DNA from: an uncultured Candidatus Saccharibacteria bacterium
GTDB taxonomy: Bacteria > Patescibacteriota > Saccharimonadia > Saccharimonadales > CAZVRA01
Assembly: GCA_964630055.1 (NCBI GenBank)
Contig: CAZVRA010000001.1
Location: 174,483 to 238,482 of the forward strand
Reading direction: 5' to 3'
DNA length: 64,000 nucleotides
Positions within the stretch are counted from its first letter, which is position 1; each line of letters starts with the position of its first letter. Below, piece after piece: positions 10,249 to 20,546 of this stretch. The notes under the pieces were generated by a model. It did not search any database and was not told where the DNA came from. It saw only the letters and a list, made by a program, of their open reading frames with translations. The position numbers and the translations under genes are program-made.

Positions 10249-11328
10249 ATGAGTATAGATCAACACTACCGACCAACTCCCGAAAAAGAATTAGGTAAAT
10301 TTGACCAAGACCCACAGCTTCTAGGCCTTATAGACCAAGAGAGTCTTGAAGTATCTATGCAGGATCCGTCATCAATTCTTAATGAGCGCTCAGGTTTTCC
10401 TGCTATAGTCCCCCTGAAGTACGCTACTGAAGCCAACCAGGTTTTTTTGCAAGATGGCTATGAACCATTTTTTATCGACTTCTACAACTCTGGGCTTAGC
10501 GAAGACGCAGAAGGTTTGAAGGGGGTTTTGAGCAAAATTACTCCTAAATCATCAATTGCGATCGAACTTAGGCATGAAGACACCGGGAAAGTGGAAGAGA
10601 TAAAGCAGGCCATGATTAGTATGGATCGACGTGCTGTGGTGAGCCCGGGTGTTTACGATGCAGAGTACGGCACTTTGGCGTCGGTTACTCACTTTTTTAG
10701 CGATTTAAACTTTGAAGATAGGCCAGGTCCGGATTTCGAGAGCTTGGATCAATCTTATGAGCATTTAGGATCGTCTGGCGAATGGCAGAAAATGTTCGGT
10801 GACAGTGTTAAATATGTGAGCGGAGATAAGATTGATCCAGATCTGCTGGAAAAACTGTGGTATACATACGACAAAACATTCGATAAACTTACACAAAACC
10901 ATCCTTCGGCACAGAAGCAGCCTCGAGAATATTTTGATCAGCAGATCTTACTACCCGAGTCCAAGATCATATATGTAGAGAAGGAAGGACGAGTAGTTAG
11001 CGAGCTCTTTTTAATAGATGGCCTAGAAGTTTGCCCATGGTTAAATAAAGACTACTTCGACAAGCTAAACCCTAGAGGCAGGACAGTTTTTAGCCCAGGA
11101 ATATCTACAACCTTAGACATGCAAGGTATGAACTTTAGCGAACTTACCATTCGAGCCATGTCTGAACTTGGCCGCAGAGTACCAGGCTTGACGGGCTTTG
11201 CAACGCAATGCACTAATCGCTCAGAGAATTACGTACCCGTTTTAGCCAACAAATTCACTGAAGGAAGTGCCAACTTGCAACTTAAAGAGACGGCTTGCTA
11301 TGACTATCCAGTGCTACTTATTGACTGA
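10249..11328 (+). CDS. Hypothetical protein (359 aa)
   Basis: Long ORF with no recognisable motif. Confidence 0.3.
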   Translation: MSIDQHYRPTPEKELGKFDQDPQLLGLIDQESLEVSMQDPSSILNERSGFPAIVPLKYATEANQVFLQDGYEPFFIDFYNSGLSEDAEGLKGVLSKITPKSSIAIELRHEDTGKVEEIKQAMISMDRRAVVSPGVYDAEYGTLASVTHFFSDLNFEDRPGPDFESLDQSYEHLGSSGEWQKMFGDSVKYVSGDKIDPDLLEKLWYTYDKTFDKLTQNHPSAQKQPREYFDQQILLPESKIIYVEKEGRVVSELFLIDGLEVCPWLNKDYFDKLNPRGRTVFSPGISTTLDMQGMNFSELTIRAMSELGRRVPGLTGFATQCTNRSENYVPVLANKFTEGSANLQLKETACYDYPVLLID

Positions 11329-12262
11329 GATTAACAGTATACATTTTATGAATTTCTACTGGTTTCAATAGTTCTTTGTGCCTGCGTATACCAGGAATAT
11401 TCGCGTCACGCTCAAAGTTTATATAGTCAATTCCTTCTTTCTCCATCTCTTTAGAGAGCAAATGCCAAAAATAGTCACTTGCATTCTTAAACTTGTATCC
11501 TGATCGAGCATGGTGAATATTTATATACTTTTTACCACCGTTATTTAAGTATGAAAATATATAAATATATTGAGGTTCATCATCAATCTTTCCTATTAAT
11601 GCACTAACGTTATACTCTTCTGAGAAAGCTACAATGTTAGCAAGTACGTTACCTTCCGCCCGGTCTGGGTCATTACCAAATATAAAAGTACTATCCCACA
11701 GATGATGCGCGTTAATGATTTCTACTTTACCTCTATGTGAATGTATGTCAATCTTATCCAGTCTTATGTCTGTTTCAGGGTTGTCGCGTTTAAACAGATT
11801 TATCTCACGTCTTATTCTGCGGTAGCTCGGGTCCGCAAGAGACGAATGTTCTTTAACGCTATAGATATAGTCACATAAACCCAAGTCATATTTTACTTGA
11901 GCATTATCCCCTAACATGGTTTGGATTTTATCCAAATGAGGCTCTGATATAACAAGCTGAGTTCTGGGTACGATTAGTAAATTTCTTACAAACAATAAGG
12001 CTTCAGGTGTTAATTCGCCTATGTTGCCAATAGTTGTTAGGTTGACAACATCGGTGTCACTACCGAGTATATCTCTGAAGTATACTAAAAGTAAATTTTT
12101 TGAAAGGGAACAAACTTTAGCTGGCTCCAAATAAGATAGCCATGTATTTAGTTCTGCAAAAGAATAGTCTGCACTAGGATGGGGATGCTTAGAATAATAA
12201 TGCATATACGCGTCATAATCATTCTTAGAAATATCTTTAAAATATGGATATTTTGGCAACAT
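11318..12262 (-). CDS. Hypothetical protein (314 aa)
   Basis: Long ORF that converges on the previous gene. No motif recognised. Confidence 0.3.
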   Translation of the reverse strand: MLPKYPYFKDISKNDYDAYMHYYSKHPHPSADYSFAELNTWLSYLEPAKVCSLSKNLLLVYFRDILGSDTDVVNLTTIGNIGELTPEALLFVRNLLIVPRTQLVISEPHLDKIQTMLGDNAQVKYDLGLCDYIYSVKEHSSLADPSYRRIRREINLFKRDNPETDIRLDKIDIHSHRGKVEIINAHHLWDSTFIFGNDPDRAEGNVLANIVAFSEEYNVSALIGKIDDEPQYIYIFSYLNNGGKKYINIHHARSGYKFKNASDYFWHLLSKEMEKEGIDYINFERDANIPGIRRHKELLKPVEIHKMYTVNLSQ

Positions 12263-12301
12263 CTTTGCTATGTTTAACTTTTAAGTTAAGCTAATAATAA
12301 C

Positions 12302-14500
12302 ATGATAAGTTTATTAATATACATTACCTCTATATTTCTGATACTCATTTTGAGTTTCTTCATATTTTCTAGACGTTACGATAAGTCAGGTTTTTACTTC
12401 AGTATAATGACGGCTCTATTAGCTGTCTGGCAAGCAATACAAATAATTGCTATAAAATTCCCAAATTTAGCCCATCAAGTTGTAGCAATGGGGCTAATTG
12501 TTTTTTCTATGCTACCTGTATTACTAGTGCTATTTGTTATCGAATTCATAAAATACCAGCCCAATAAAACTAAATTTAGACCAGTCTTTCTAAGTATTTT
12601 GTGGTCGATACTACTAATTCTAGGAATATTCCCTGGTACATTAAAAAGTGTCCGAGTAGTCGAAGGTAATCTAGCGATTAGTGCAGGCATTACCTATACC
12701 CTCCAATCAGTTCTAGCTGTAATAATCTCTATCTTTGCGTTAGGGCTATTAGTTGCCAATTATAGGTCATTAGATAGGTTAAAGCGTCAATCTGTAAGAT
12801 ATTTATTTTTAGGAATGGCCATAGTAATTGCTGTAGGCTTTGTCACAGGCTTTGTGTTCGCAAATAATCCTAATATTCAAGTTCTAGCCCCTATAAGTAT
12901 GCTTATTATGACTGCTCTGACTGCATATACAATAACTCGACATAAGCTGTTTGATATTAGGTTGCTAGCTGTGCGCTCCTTAGGTTACATTTTAACTCTA
13001 AGCGCTGTTGGTATGCTTTATTCTTTGGTGGTTTTTGGAGTCTTTGCTAGCAATTTAGGCACAAAAGATCTAAGTGGTGTACAGCGCATGAGCTATGCCG
13101 TTTTGGCGATTGGGTTTGGACTGAGCTTGACTCCTCTGAAACGCTTTTTTGATCGTCTAACCAACAAATTATTTTATAAAGACGCCTACGATGCCGCCAA
13201 CTTCCTAGACCATTTTAACAAAACTCTAGTTAGTAATATCCAAATTGAGCCGTTATTGCAGCAGTCCGCTGAACATATTAATAACACTTTAAAATCAGAA
13301 TATTGTTTATTTTCTATAAAAGAAACCGCCCATAATCCTAAAAGAACCTTTGGAACAAAAAACTTCAAATTTACAGAGGAAGATATTAGTAACGCTGCCT
13401 CACAGTCTCCAAAAATTCATCAAAAGTTGATAAAAGTCGACGAATTGGAAGATAGATATGCCAAGTTACGGGACAGTTTAAATATCAATGAGGTGGCTGT
13501 CTTAGGTAGACTAATATCGACTCTAGACCAAGAAAATGGGCAAGGTTATTTGATTCTGGGTCAAAAAAAGAGCGGTAACCCTTACAACAAACAGGACCTT
13601 CAGGTTTTAGAAATCGTTATTAATGAGCTGGTAATCGCCATCCAAAATGCCTTGCGGTTCGAGGAGATCCAGGCCTTCAATGTCACCCTGCAAAAGAAGG
13701 TCGACGACGCTACGCGGCAGCTGCGGGTGACCAACGACAAGTTGCGCAAGCTGGATGCTACCAAGGATGAGTTTATCAGCATGGCTAGCCATCAGTTGCG
13801 GACGCCGCTGACGGCGATTAAGGGTTACGTTAGCATGATGGCCGAGGGCGACGCTGGCAAGGTTACGCCGCAGCAGAAGGACATGCTGGGCCAGACCTAC
13901 GTTAGTACGCAGCGGATGGTTTACCTGATTGCCGACCTGCTCAATGTGTCGCGGCTGCGTAGCGGCAAGTTTGTGATCGAAAACAAGCCAACTCAGCTGG
14001 CTGCCGTCATAGAGGGCGAGGTGGCTCAGTTAACAGAGGCGGCAAGGGGCAAAAAGCAGACTCTAACCTACAAAAAACCGGCTAACTTCCCGATGCTTAT
14101 GCTAGACGAAAACAAAATCCGCCAAGTAATCATGAACTTCGCCGACAACGCCATTTACTACACGCCCCGCGGCGGCACAATTGACCTGATCCTAGAAGAC
14201 AAGGGCTCAAGCATCGAATTTAGGGTTGTAGACAACGGCATTGGCGTGCCCAAAACCGAGCGGCACCACATGTTTACCAAGTTTTACCGCGCCCGCAACG
14301 CCCAGCGCGCCCGCCCCGACGGCACCGGCCTGGGCCTGTTTATGGCCAAAAAGGTTATCATTGCCCAGGGTGGCTCGGTAATTTTCGACAGCACCGAAGG
14401 CAAGGGCAGCACCTTCGGCTTCACCTTCCCCAAAGCCAAACTGGCCGTGCTGGCCGGTAAGGCTTCTGTTGGCAAGGCCGCAAGCAAAGCCGCCAAATAG
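12302..14500 (+). CDS. Sensor histidine kinase with a multi-pass N-terminal membrane domain (orphan; no response regulator adjacent)
   Basis: Multiple hydrophobic helices across the N-terminal half. HisKA H-box ISMASHQLRTPLTAIKGY. HATPase G-boxes DNGIGVP and GTGLGLFMAKKV. Confidence 0.7.
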   Translation: MISLLIYITSIFLILILSFFIFSRRYDKSGFYFSIMTALLAVWQAIQIIAIKFPNLAHQVVAMGLIVFSMLPVLLVLFVIEFIKYQPNKTKFRPVFLSILWSILLILGIFPGTLKSVRVVEGNLAISAGITYTLQSVLAVIISIFALGLLVANYRSLDRLKRQSVRYLFLGMAIVIAVGFVTGFVFANNPNIQVLAPISMLIMTALTAYTITRHKLFDIRLLAVRSLGYILTLSAVGMLYSLVVFGVFASNLGTKDLSGVQRMSYAVLAIGFGLSLTPLKRFFDRLTNKLFYKDAYDAANFLDHFNKTLVSNIQIEPLLQQSAEHINNTLKSEYCLFSIKETAHNPKRTFGTKNFKFTEEDISNAASQSPKIHQKLIKVDELEDRYAKLRDSLNINEVAVLGRLISTLDQENGQGYLILGQKKSGNPYNKQDLQVLEIVINELVIAIQNALRFEEIQAFNVTLQKKVDDATRQLRVTNDKLRKLDATKDEFISMASHQLRTPLTAIKGYVSMMAEGDAGKVTPQQKDMLGQTYVSTQRMVYLIADLLNVSRLRSGKFVIENKPTQLAAVIEGEVAQLTEAARGKKQTLTYKKPANFPMLMLDENKIRQVIMNFADNAIYYTPRGGTIDLILEDKGSSIEFRVVDNGIGVPKTERHHMFTKFYRARNAQRARPDGTGLGLFMAKKVIIAQGGSVIFDSTEGKGSTFGFTFPKAKLAVLAGKASVGKAASKAAK

Positions 14501-14501
14501 C

Positions 14502-15185
14502 TTAGTCCTGAGACCGCATTTTTGGGGTGCAGATCAGAATGGCCAAATCATTATGCTCGGTAACTCTGAGATCAAGGTAGCGACTTATACGATCCGCCTC
14601 ACTGGACACATCAATGGCGGTATTGATTTTATTTTTGGCGACTCTATCTACTGTGGGGGTGACAATAATGAGCTTACCAGCGGGCTTTAGTAATTCTGCT
14701 ACGTCTTGTAAAAATGCGTCTTTATTTTTTACAAAAGCATATACCAGCCTGCATATGACCAGGTCATATTTTGCTGTTTTTGGCATATCTTCTGCACTGC
14801 AAACCCAAAATTCTGCTCCCGTCACTGGGGTTGACCGAGCTAAACTTATTGCTTCTATGCTCCAATCGATCCCGTCACTGCGAATTCCTTTAGATGCAAG
14901 TTTTTTGACTAATTGACCATCACCGCAGCCAATATCTAGAGCACAGCAAGTTTTCTTGCATCCAGGCTGCACATCTAGCGCCGTAAGGTATATCTGTAAT
15001 TCCTCGTTCGACACCGGCCTAAAGCGGCCACCTTTGGCGAAAAAGTCATCCCATTTTTCTTTCTTTATCACAAATACCATTGTATAGTAAAAATACATAA
15101 ATAAGGAGGTGCGCATGTCAAATATTGAGCGGCTAGGAGGCCTATCTAACAGATAGATTTGACCAAAAACTGAATAATTCGCCAC
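14502..15185 (-). CDS. Class I SAM-dependent methyltransferase (true start probably internal, near 15080)
   Basis: Motif I ALDIGCGDGQLV and post-motif LLKPAGKLII. Confidence 0.5.
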   Translation of the reverse strand: MANYSVFGQIYLLDRPPSRSIFDMRTSLFMYFYYTMVFVIKKEKWDDFFAKGGRFRPVSNEELQIYLTALDVQPGCKKTCCALDIGCGDGQLVKKLASKGIRSDGIDWSIEAISLARSTPVTGAEFWVCSAEDMPKTAKYDLVICRLVYAFVKNKDAFLQDVAELLKPAGKLIIVTPTVDRVAKNKINTAIDVSSEADRISRYLDLRVTEHNDLAILICTPKMRSQD

Positions 15186-15354
15186 ACAAAAATATCGTTA
15201 GCAATGAGAGTAGGAGAATTTGTACTACTAGACAATCGAAATGTTTTGCATGGGAGGACAGCTTTTTCTGACACTCAGAGAAAAATTCTACGCGTGCGCG
15301 CGTGGTAGAAGCTGATATACCTTATAAAAACCGAAATATTTTACTCACATATTA

Positions 15355-16179
15355 TTACTGTTTTTCCAATATTGTCTCCCACTGCGCCCAGTTGGTGCCA
15401 TTGGCTCTGGGTATAAATTCTTCACGCAGGGGTAGAATTACCCTATATTTACCTCTTGTTAGTGCACAGATTTCTTCGGCCGAATAGAAGTGTATACGCT
15501 GACCCTTTTTTGCCCCTGTGGAGTAGCAAATGTCAAAACCACCTTCCGGATTGGTCCGTTTGTCTTGGAACTCTTCGACCACTTGCGTGTGAATCGAATT
15601 TACCCTTAACGCAAAAATACCACCGGGCCTTAATAGATTAAAAGCATGATCAAATAGTTGCATGGGCGATTGACTGCCAATATGTTGGAAAAGCTGCAAA
15701 GAAATTAAAAAATCATACTGGTTACTTGCTGAATAAGCCAAAAAATCACCTTGCCATGCCTTTAAGCCCGAACATTTTGCGTGCAACTGTTGGATCGCCT
15801 CGGCCGATATGTCGATTGCCTCAATATTTAACCCTGTAGCCAGCAGGGGCAAGAGGTTACGGCCATTACCGCATCCAGGGTAAAAGCCGAGACCTTTGTG
15901 AAGCTTTTTGCTACGTAGGGTGTTGACAATATCACTAACAAAAGCCACCGGATCCTCCTGCTCGTACTTACCGCTCCGATAGGCCTTGTCCCAGTTGGAC
16001 CTAGCTATGTCGTAGTCGTAGCCATGGCCGTATTCGGTCATCTTTTGATCTGCAGAGCCTTGTCTCGAAGCTTGTTTCATATCTGTAATAATTGTAGCAC
16101 TTTCATTAAAACTCGACCCAGTAGCCATAAGCAAAATAATCTTGACAAAAGCACACTTTTGATGTATTATTGCACCCAT
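15355..16179 (-). CDS. Class I SAM-dependent methyltransferase (TehB-like)
   Basis: Motif I GFYPGCGNGRNL and LLRPGGIFAL. Confidence 0.5.
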   Translation of the reverse strand: MGAIIHQKCAFVKIILLMATGSSFNESATIITDMKQASRQGSADQKMTEYGHGYDYDIARSNWDKAYRSGKYEQEDPVAFVSDIVNTLRSKKLHKGLGFYPGCGNGRNLLPLLATGLNIEAIDISAEAIQQLHAKCSGLKAWQGDFLAYSASNQYDFLISLQLFQHIGSQSPMQLFDHAFNLLRPGGIFALRVNSIHTQVVEEFQDKRTNPEGGFDICYSTGAKKGQRIHFYSAEEICALTRGKYRVILPLREEFIPRANGTNWAQWETILEKQ

Positions 16180-17143
16180 GAATCAGATTGTTCAGACCAT
16201 TGGTGAAAATGCTTCTTACATCGGTGCAGCCGTCGGCTACACCGCTGGATTAGTGGCCGAATCGCGTGCTGCTGCTCAGGTGGCAGCCAACGAACAGCAG
16301 CTTGCTGCTGTTTGGGGCGCCGAAGTTGTTGGCCAAAGCACCCATCAGGCAAGTCGCTTGCGTCGCCTAGGCGTAGCAGCCGTTAGCGCATTGGCACTTG
16401 GTGGTGGCATTGCTGGCGCCCTAAACGGCGAAGCCTGGGCAACCCAAACAGAGCAGGCCGCTCCGCCTTTTGTTGGTGTGGTGGTCGACCGCTCAGGCGC
16501 AACTGCTTTTAGCGGCCCAGACGCCAATGCTCAAGCTCCAAACCAGCAAATTGATCGTATTGCCGGTATTTTTACCGAAGAAGATGGCATAAAGACCGAA
16601 GGTTTTGTGGCTGTTGCTGGCGAAGTTCGCCCAACACGCGTTGATCAGCTTAACAGTGTGTCACCCAGTGGCGATGCACCTATTGGCCAGGCACTAACCG
16701 TTGCTATGGGTCGAATAGGCGAGCAACGAGCCAAGGCTGGAGCGATTGCGCCTAAAAGCGCTATAGTTGTGACCACCAATGGCAACACATTGGGCGACCC
16801 GGCTACTATTGCCGCCGCTGCCAAAGCCAATAACACCCCTGTTTATGTGGTTAATGTCGAAGGCGCTAGCGACCCCACAGCCGTCACCCAGCTGCAAGAG
16901 GTGGCCAAGCAAACCGGTGGTCAGTATTGGGATGTGAATAGTCAGAATACAGATAAAATGCGCGGAACAATTCAGAAAAAGCTAGAAGATAGCGAAGTTT
17001 TTGATACTGGTAACAGCCGGAGTTCATGGCCAAAGCGAGTAGCTTATGCTGCCGCGAGCGCCGCCTTCTTGGGCGTTGGCTACCAGGGCCGCCGCAAAAT
17101 GACCTTGCGCCACACAAGCACCAGCCGTAAGGCACAGGGCTAA
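16178..17143 (+). CDS. vWA-domain protein with a C-terminal membrane anchor
   Basis: VVVDRSGAT (MIDAS DxSxS-like), SGDAPIGQAL, VVTTNGNTLGD and VYVVNVEG follow the vWA strand pattern. Ala-rich. Confidence 0.4.
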   Translation: MNQIVQTIGENASYIGAAVGYTAGLVAESRAAAQVAANEQQLAAVWGAEVVGQSTHQASRLRRLGVAAVSALALGGGIAGALNGEAWATQTEQAAPPFVGVVVDRSGATAFSGPDANAQAPNQQIDRIAGIFTEEDGIKTEGFVAVAGEVRPTRVDQLNSVSPSGDAPIGQALTVAMGRIGEQRAKAGAIAPKSAIVVTTNGNTLGDPATIAAAAKANNTPVYVVNVEGASDPTAVTQLQEVAKQTGGQYWDVNSQNTDKMRGTIQKKLEDSEVFDTGNSRSSWPKRVAYAAASAAFLGVGYQGRRKMTLRHTSTSRKAQG

Positions 17144-17174
17144 TCAGGAATTTTAGGAGTTAAAGGAGATAATT

Positions 17175-18167
17175 ATGAGTGAATTTGCATACGGACGAGA
17201 ATTTACCAACGAAGCCATGCACCAGTTAAACGGTGTTATTGCCGGCCGAGAAGACGCCAAAATTGCCGCCATTACTGGTATGGTTGCTGGCGTAAACACT
17301 GTTTTTAGCGGTGGTACTGGTCGTGGTAAGACCGAGCTTATGCAGGCATTGCCTCGCTTGGTTCATGACATTTACCCCGAAAACGTGGCTAACGTGCCAA
17401 TTATGAACGACCTCACCGGCATGCAGTTAATTGGTGGTTCGGCTTCTATAGAAAAAACTACTGTTAGCCCCGATGGCACAAGCACAACCGAGCGTACTCT
17501 AACACAGGTCCCCGGTATTGTTAAGCCAGATACCCAGGTTATTAATATAGACGAGTTTAACCGAATGCCACCCCAGGCTATGAACAGTTTGGTAGATGCG
17601 CTGGAGCACCGACGAGTAACTACTCTGGATGGCGCTAGGGAGCTGCCAAGCCTAGAATATGTTTTGGCTGGTATGAACGCCCGCGAAAGTTACGAATCGA
17701 CGCGCCCAGTGGCGCATGCCCTGATTTCTCGATTTGCTATTGGCGCTATATTTAACAGAGGTACAATCGAGCAACGGACCGACAGGCTAGCTGCTATACA
17801 AGCTATTCGACCAGGCAAGGTTGAACCAATTACCGATGTCAATGCTTTGCACGCCATGCGTAATGCTGCCGATCATAAGGCTATTCCAGCCTCTTTGGAC
17901 GACAAAATTGCTCGAATGACCATTGATGCTTCCGACCGTTTGTGGGAAATAGCTAAGCTGGACGACGGTGAAGAGCGTATGTTTAGCCAGGTGCGCCGAA
18001 TTGCTCGTGTATTAACTGTTTTGGCCAACGAACAATCTGTTAACGAAGTAGCTGTAAACAACGCTATGGCGATGGTGGTGAGTGCTCGTATTGGTATGGC
18101 CGACGCCGATGCCGTTAACACCGGCCCAGCAACAGTTAAGCAGATATTGAGTGCCAACCAGGCCTAA
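17175..18167 (+). CDS. MoxR-like AAA+ ATPase
   Basis: Walker A FSGGTGRGKTELM, with a Walker B-like INIDEFNRMP. Sits between a vWA protein and a DUF58-like protein, as is usual for MoxR operons. Confidence 0.5.
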   Translation: MSEFAYGREFTNEAMHQLNGVIAGREDAKIAAITGMVAGVNTVFSGGTGRGKTELMQALPRLVHDIYPENVANVPIMNDLTGMQLIGGSASIEKTTVSPDGTSTTERTLTQVPGIVKPDTQVINIDEFNRMPPQAMNSLVDALEHRRVTTLDGARELPSLEYVLAGMNARESYESTRPVAHALISRFAIGAIFNRGTIEQRTDRLAAIQAIRPGKVEPITDVNALHAMRNAADHKAIPASLDDKIARMTIDASDRLWEIAKLDDGEERMFSQVRRIARVLTVLANEQSVNEVAVNNAMAMVVSARIGMADADAVNTGPATVKQILSANQA

Positions 18168-18206
18168 TTTAGAGTCAAAAAGTAGTTAGCAGAGGTTGTT
18201 AGCACT

Positions 18207-19034
18207 ATGAACTATCCAAATACAATACAAGCATTTAAGACATTACCGCCCAATCGTGATTTTGGGTCTGGCGGTCACACCGATCGCCGAGAGCAGGCTG
18301 GTTGTAGTGGCTCTGTGGCCGAGGATGTGCGTTTTACCCCTGGCAGGCATACGGCGGCCGATGTTAATCCGTTGTCGTTCTTGGGTGCTATGATGGGTGA
18401 TGATTACGTCCGGCAGGTTCAGCCTGACCGGCCGCTGCACACTAATGTGGTGCTCGACTCGTTGGGTGAGGGCGATGGCCTAGCCTTGGCTCGTGTTAAG
18501 CGTGTAGCTGCTAATGCTTTGGCTTTTGGGCTGTTTAGCGACTTGGCGCAAACTTCTGGCTCGGTGCGAATGTTTACTATGAACGGAGCCGTTGAAACCA
18601 GCTTAACAGGGGTAGAACGAGCCTCTACTTTGTTTAGTAGTGGCGAAATGCTAGATATTTGCCGCAATGGCCTAACAGTAGTGGTTAGCGATTTTAAGGC
18701 TACGGCCGATGAGTTTGCTGCCGCTGGGCGCCTGGGCGGCGACGTGGTTGGCGTGAAGCTGTATCATCCTGCCGAACGACGCCTACCTGGCAATGTGGGA
18801 ACCATCAGCCTGGGCTCTGGAATAGAGGTCGACACCAACAATAGCCGCTTGTTAGCCTCTGTAAATAGTCGTTTAGAAGCTTGTCATCAGCGGATAGTAG
18901 GTGATTTAAGCGGTGTTGGTATGAGTTTGGCCGAAGTGGAATTGACCCCGCAAGTACAGGGTAATTGTGCGAGCATGCTACCCCAAGAGACTGCCGATGC
19001 CGTCATGGCTCAAGCAGTAAAAAGCTTACGCTAA
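18207..19034 (+). CDS. DUF58-like protein
   Basis: VVVSDFKAT resembles the DUF58 hallmark (L/V)xSDF. Genomic context supports the call. Confidence 0.35.
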   Translation: MNYPNTIQAFKTLPPNRDFGSGGHTDRREQAGCSGSVAEDVRFTPGRHTAADVNPLSFLGAMMGDDYVRQVQPDRPLHTNVVLDSLGEGDGLALARVKRVAANALAFGLFSDLAQTSGSVRMFTMNGAVETSLTGVERASTLFSSGEMLDICRNGLTVVVSDFKATADEFAAAGRLGGDVVGVKLYHPAERRLPGNVGTISLGSGIEVDTNNSRLLASVNSRLEACHQRIVGDLSGVGMSLAEVELTPQVQGNCASMLPQETADAVMAQAVKSLR

Positions 19035-19179
19035 AAACAAGCATAAAAACAATATTGACATTTTACGTAATTAGTGATATCATGTAGCGGTAATTATTGG
19101 AAGATCACTCTTCGGGTTAATTCATCAGAATTGACAGGGGTGGGGATCAACCAATAAGGAGTAATAAGGAGTTTATTTT

Positions 19180-20517
19180 ATGACAAATCCAGAAATGACT
19201 GCCGGTGTTATGCCTTCTATTGAGGCTGCTAACGCTCCAGAGCAGGCTGGTCGTAGCCACAAGCTGCGTGCAGCTCTTGCAGGAGTAGTAATATTGGCTA
19301 CTGGTGGTAGTGTTTACGCTTGCAGCGGCGACAGCGACAAGGCTGGCCGCGAAGCAGCAGCCAACGCTAACACTATCGAGATGTGTGCTAACAGCACATT
19401 TAGCGAAGTGTCTACCAATGCCGAGCATTACGCTACCGAGGCATTTTTGCCAAAGGGCGAAATTAAGGACGCTAAATCGGCCGATGCTTATGTTAACACT
19501 TTGTTCGACAAAGACGGCCCATTGGCTGGCGAACAAGACCAAGTAAGTTTGGGCGCCTTTATGGCAACAATTGTTAACCCTGCCCACGACGGCGCAGCTG
19601 TTAACCCCAACTACGACTACCTAGGCACTTTTAAGAGTAATGTTGCAGCTTATCGCGCACCTGGTGGTGACGCAAAAGCCAAAGAAGACTGTAAAACTGC
19701 TTTCCAGACTGCCAAGCAAACTGTTCAGTACAATGGTGACTGGGCCCAAGCTGGCGAGACTGTAACTCAGTTCACAGCAGTCCGCAACGAAGCTAACAAA
19801 ATTACTGGCATGAAGCTAGACCAAGTTGTTACTAACGACAAATTGGCCGGTGCAGCTATGGCTCTTCGAGCAACAGCTAAAGGCCTGGACGGCTTTACCG
19901 AAGTTTTGATTACCCCAGATGGCAAAATGTACGTCAAGGGTGTAACTGCCGGTAATGGTGGTTCGGTAAGTCTAGAGGGCGAAAACCCAGAGCAGGTTAA
20001 TCCTGATGCTCAAACTTCTATTGCTCCTACTCCTGAAGACCAGGCTCCTGCTGGTGGCGCAAATGCTGCCGAGGCGAATAGCCAGGACAGTAAAGATGGA
20101 CAAGCCCAAACTAACGACAACAAGGGTACTAACAAGAGCCAGGCCAGCGCAGGCGCTGGCGGCGGCTCGACTGGTGGTGCCAGCAATGGTGCTGCTAGCG
20201 GTTCGGGCAGCAGTAACGGTAACGGACCTAGCGGTTCGGCCGGTACTTGCGGCACGGCTGGTAGCGGCTGCGTAGGCACAACCCCTGGTGGTTCTGGTGC
20301 CGGCGGCGGTTCAGGTGGTGGCAGTAACGGTAACGGCGGTGGTAACGGCGGCGGCAGTGGTACAACTGCTCCAAAGCCAACCAATCCTCCTGTAACTCAG
20401 GCTCCAACAACTCGACCCCCACAGACTACTATTCCTGCAACAACTCGACCCCCACAGACTACTATTCCTCCAATTAAACCCCCCATTGAGTGCGATCCAG
20501 CGATCGATGCTTGTTGA
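19180..20517 (+). CDS. Secreted or membrane-anchored protein with a Gly/Ser/Asn low-complexity C-terminal region and Pro/Thr repeats
   Basis: N-terminal hydrophobic segment. C-terminal GGSGAGGGSGGGSNGNGGGNGGGSG, then TTRPPQTTIPATTRPPQTTIPP. Confidence 0.45.
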   Translation: MTNPEMTAGVMPSIEAANAPEQAGRSHKLRAALAGVVILATGGSVYACSGDSDKAGREAAANANTIEMCANSTFSEVSTNAEHYATEAFLPKGEIKDAKSADAYVNTLFDKDGPLAGEQDQVSLGAFMATIVNPAHDGAAVNPNYDYLGTFKSNVAAYRAPGGDAKAKEDCKTAFQTAKQTVQYNGDWAQAGETVTQFTAVRNEANKITGMKLDQVVTNDKLAGAAMALRATAKGLDGFTEVLITPDGKMYVKGVTAGNGGSVSLEGENPEQVNPDAQTSIAPTPEDQAPAGGANAAEANSQDSKDGQAQTNDNKGTNKSQASAGAGGGSTGGASNGAASGSGSSNGNGPSGSAGTCGTAGSGCVGTTPGGSGAGGGSGGGSNGNGGGNGGGSGTTAPKPTNPPVTQAPTTRPPQTTIPATTRPPQTTIPPIKPPIECDPAIDAC

Positions 20518-20546
20518 GTAAGAGAAAGTATTAAGGAGATAAGACA

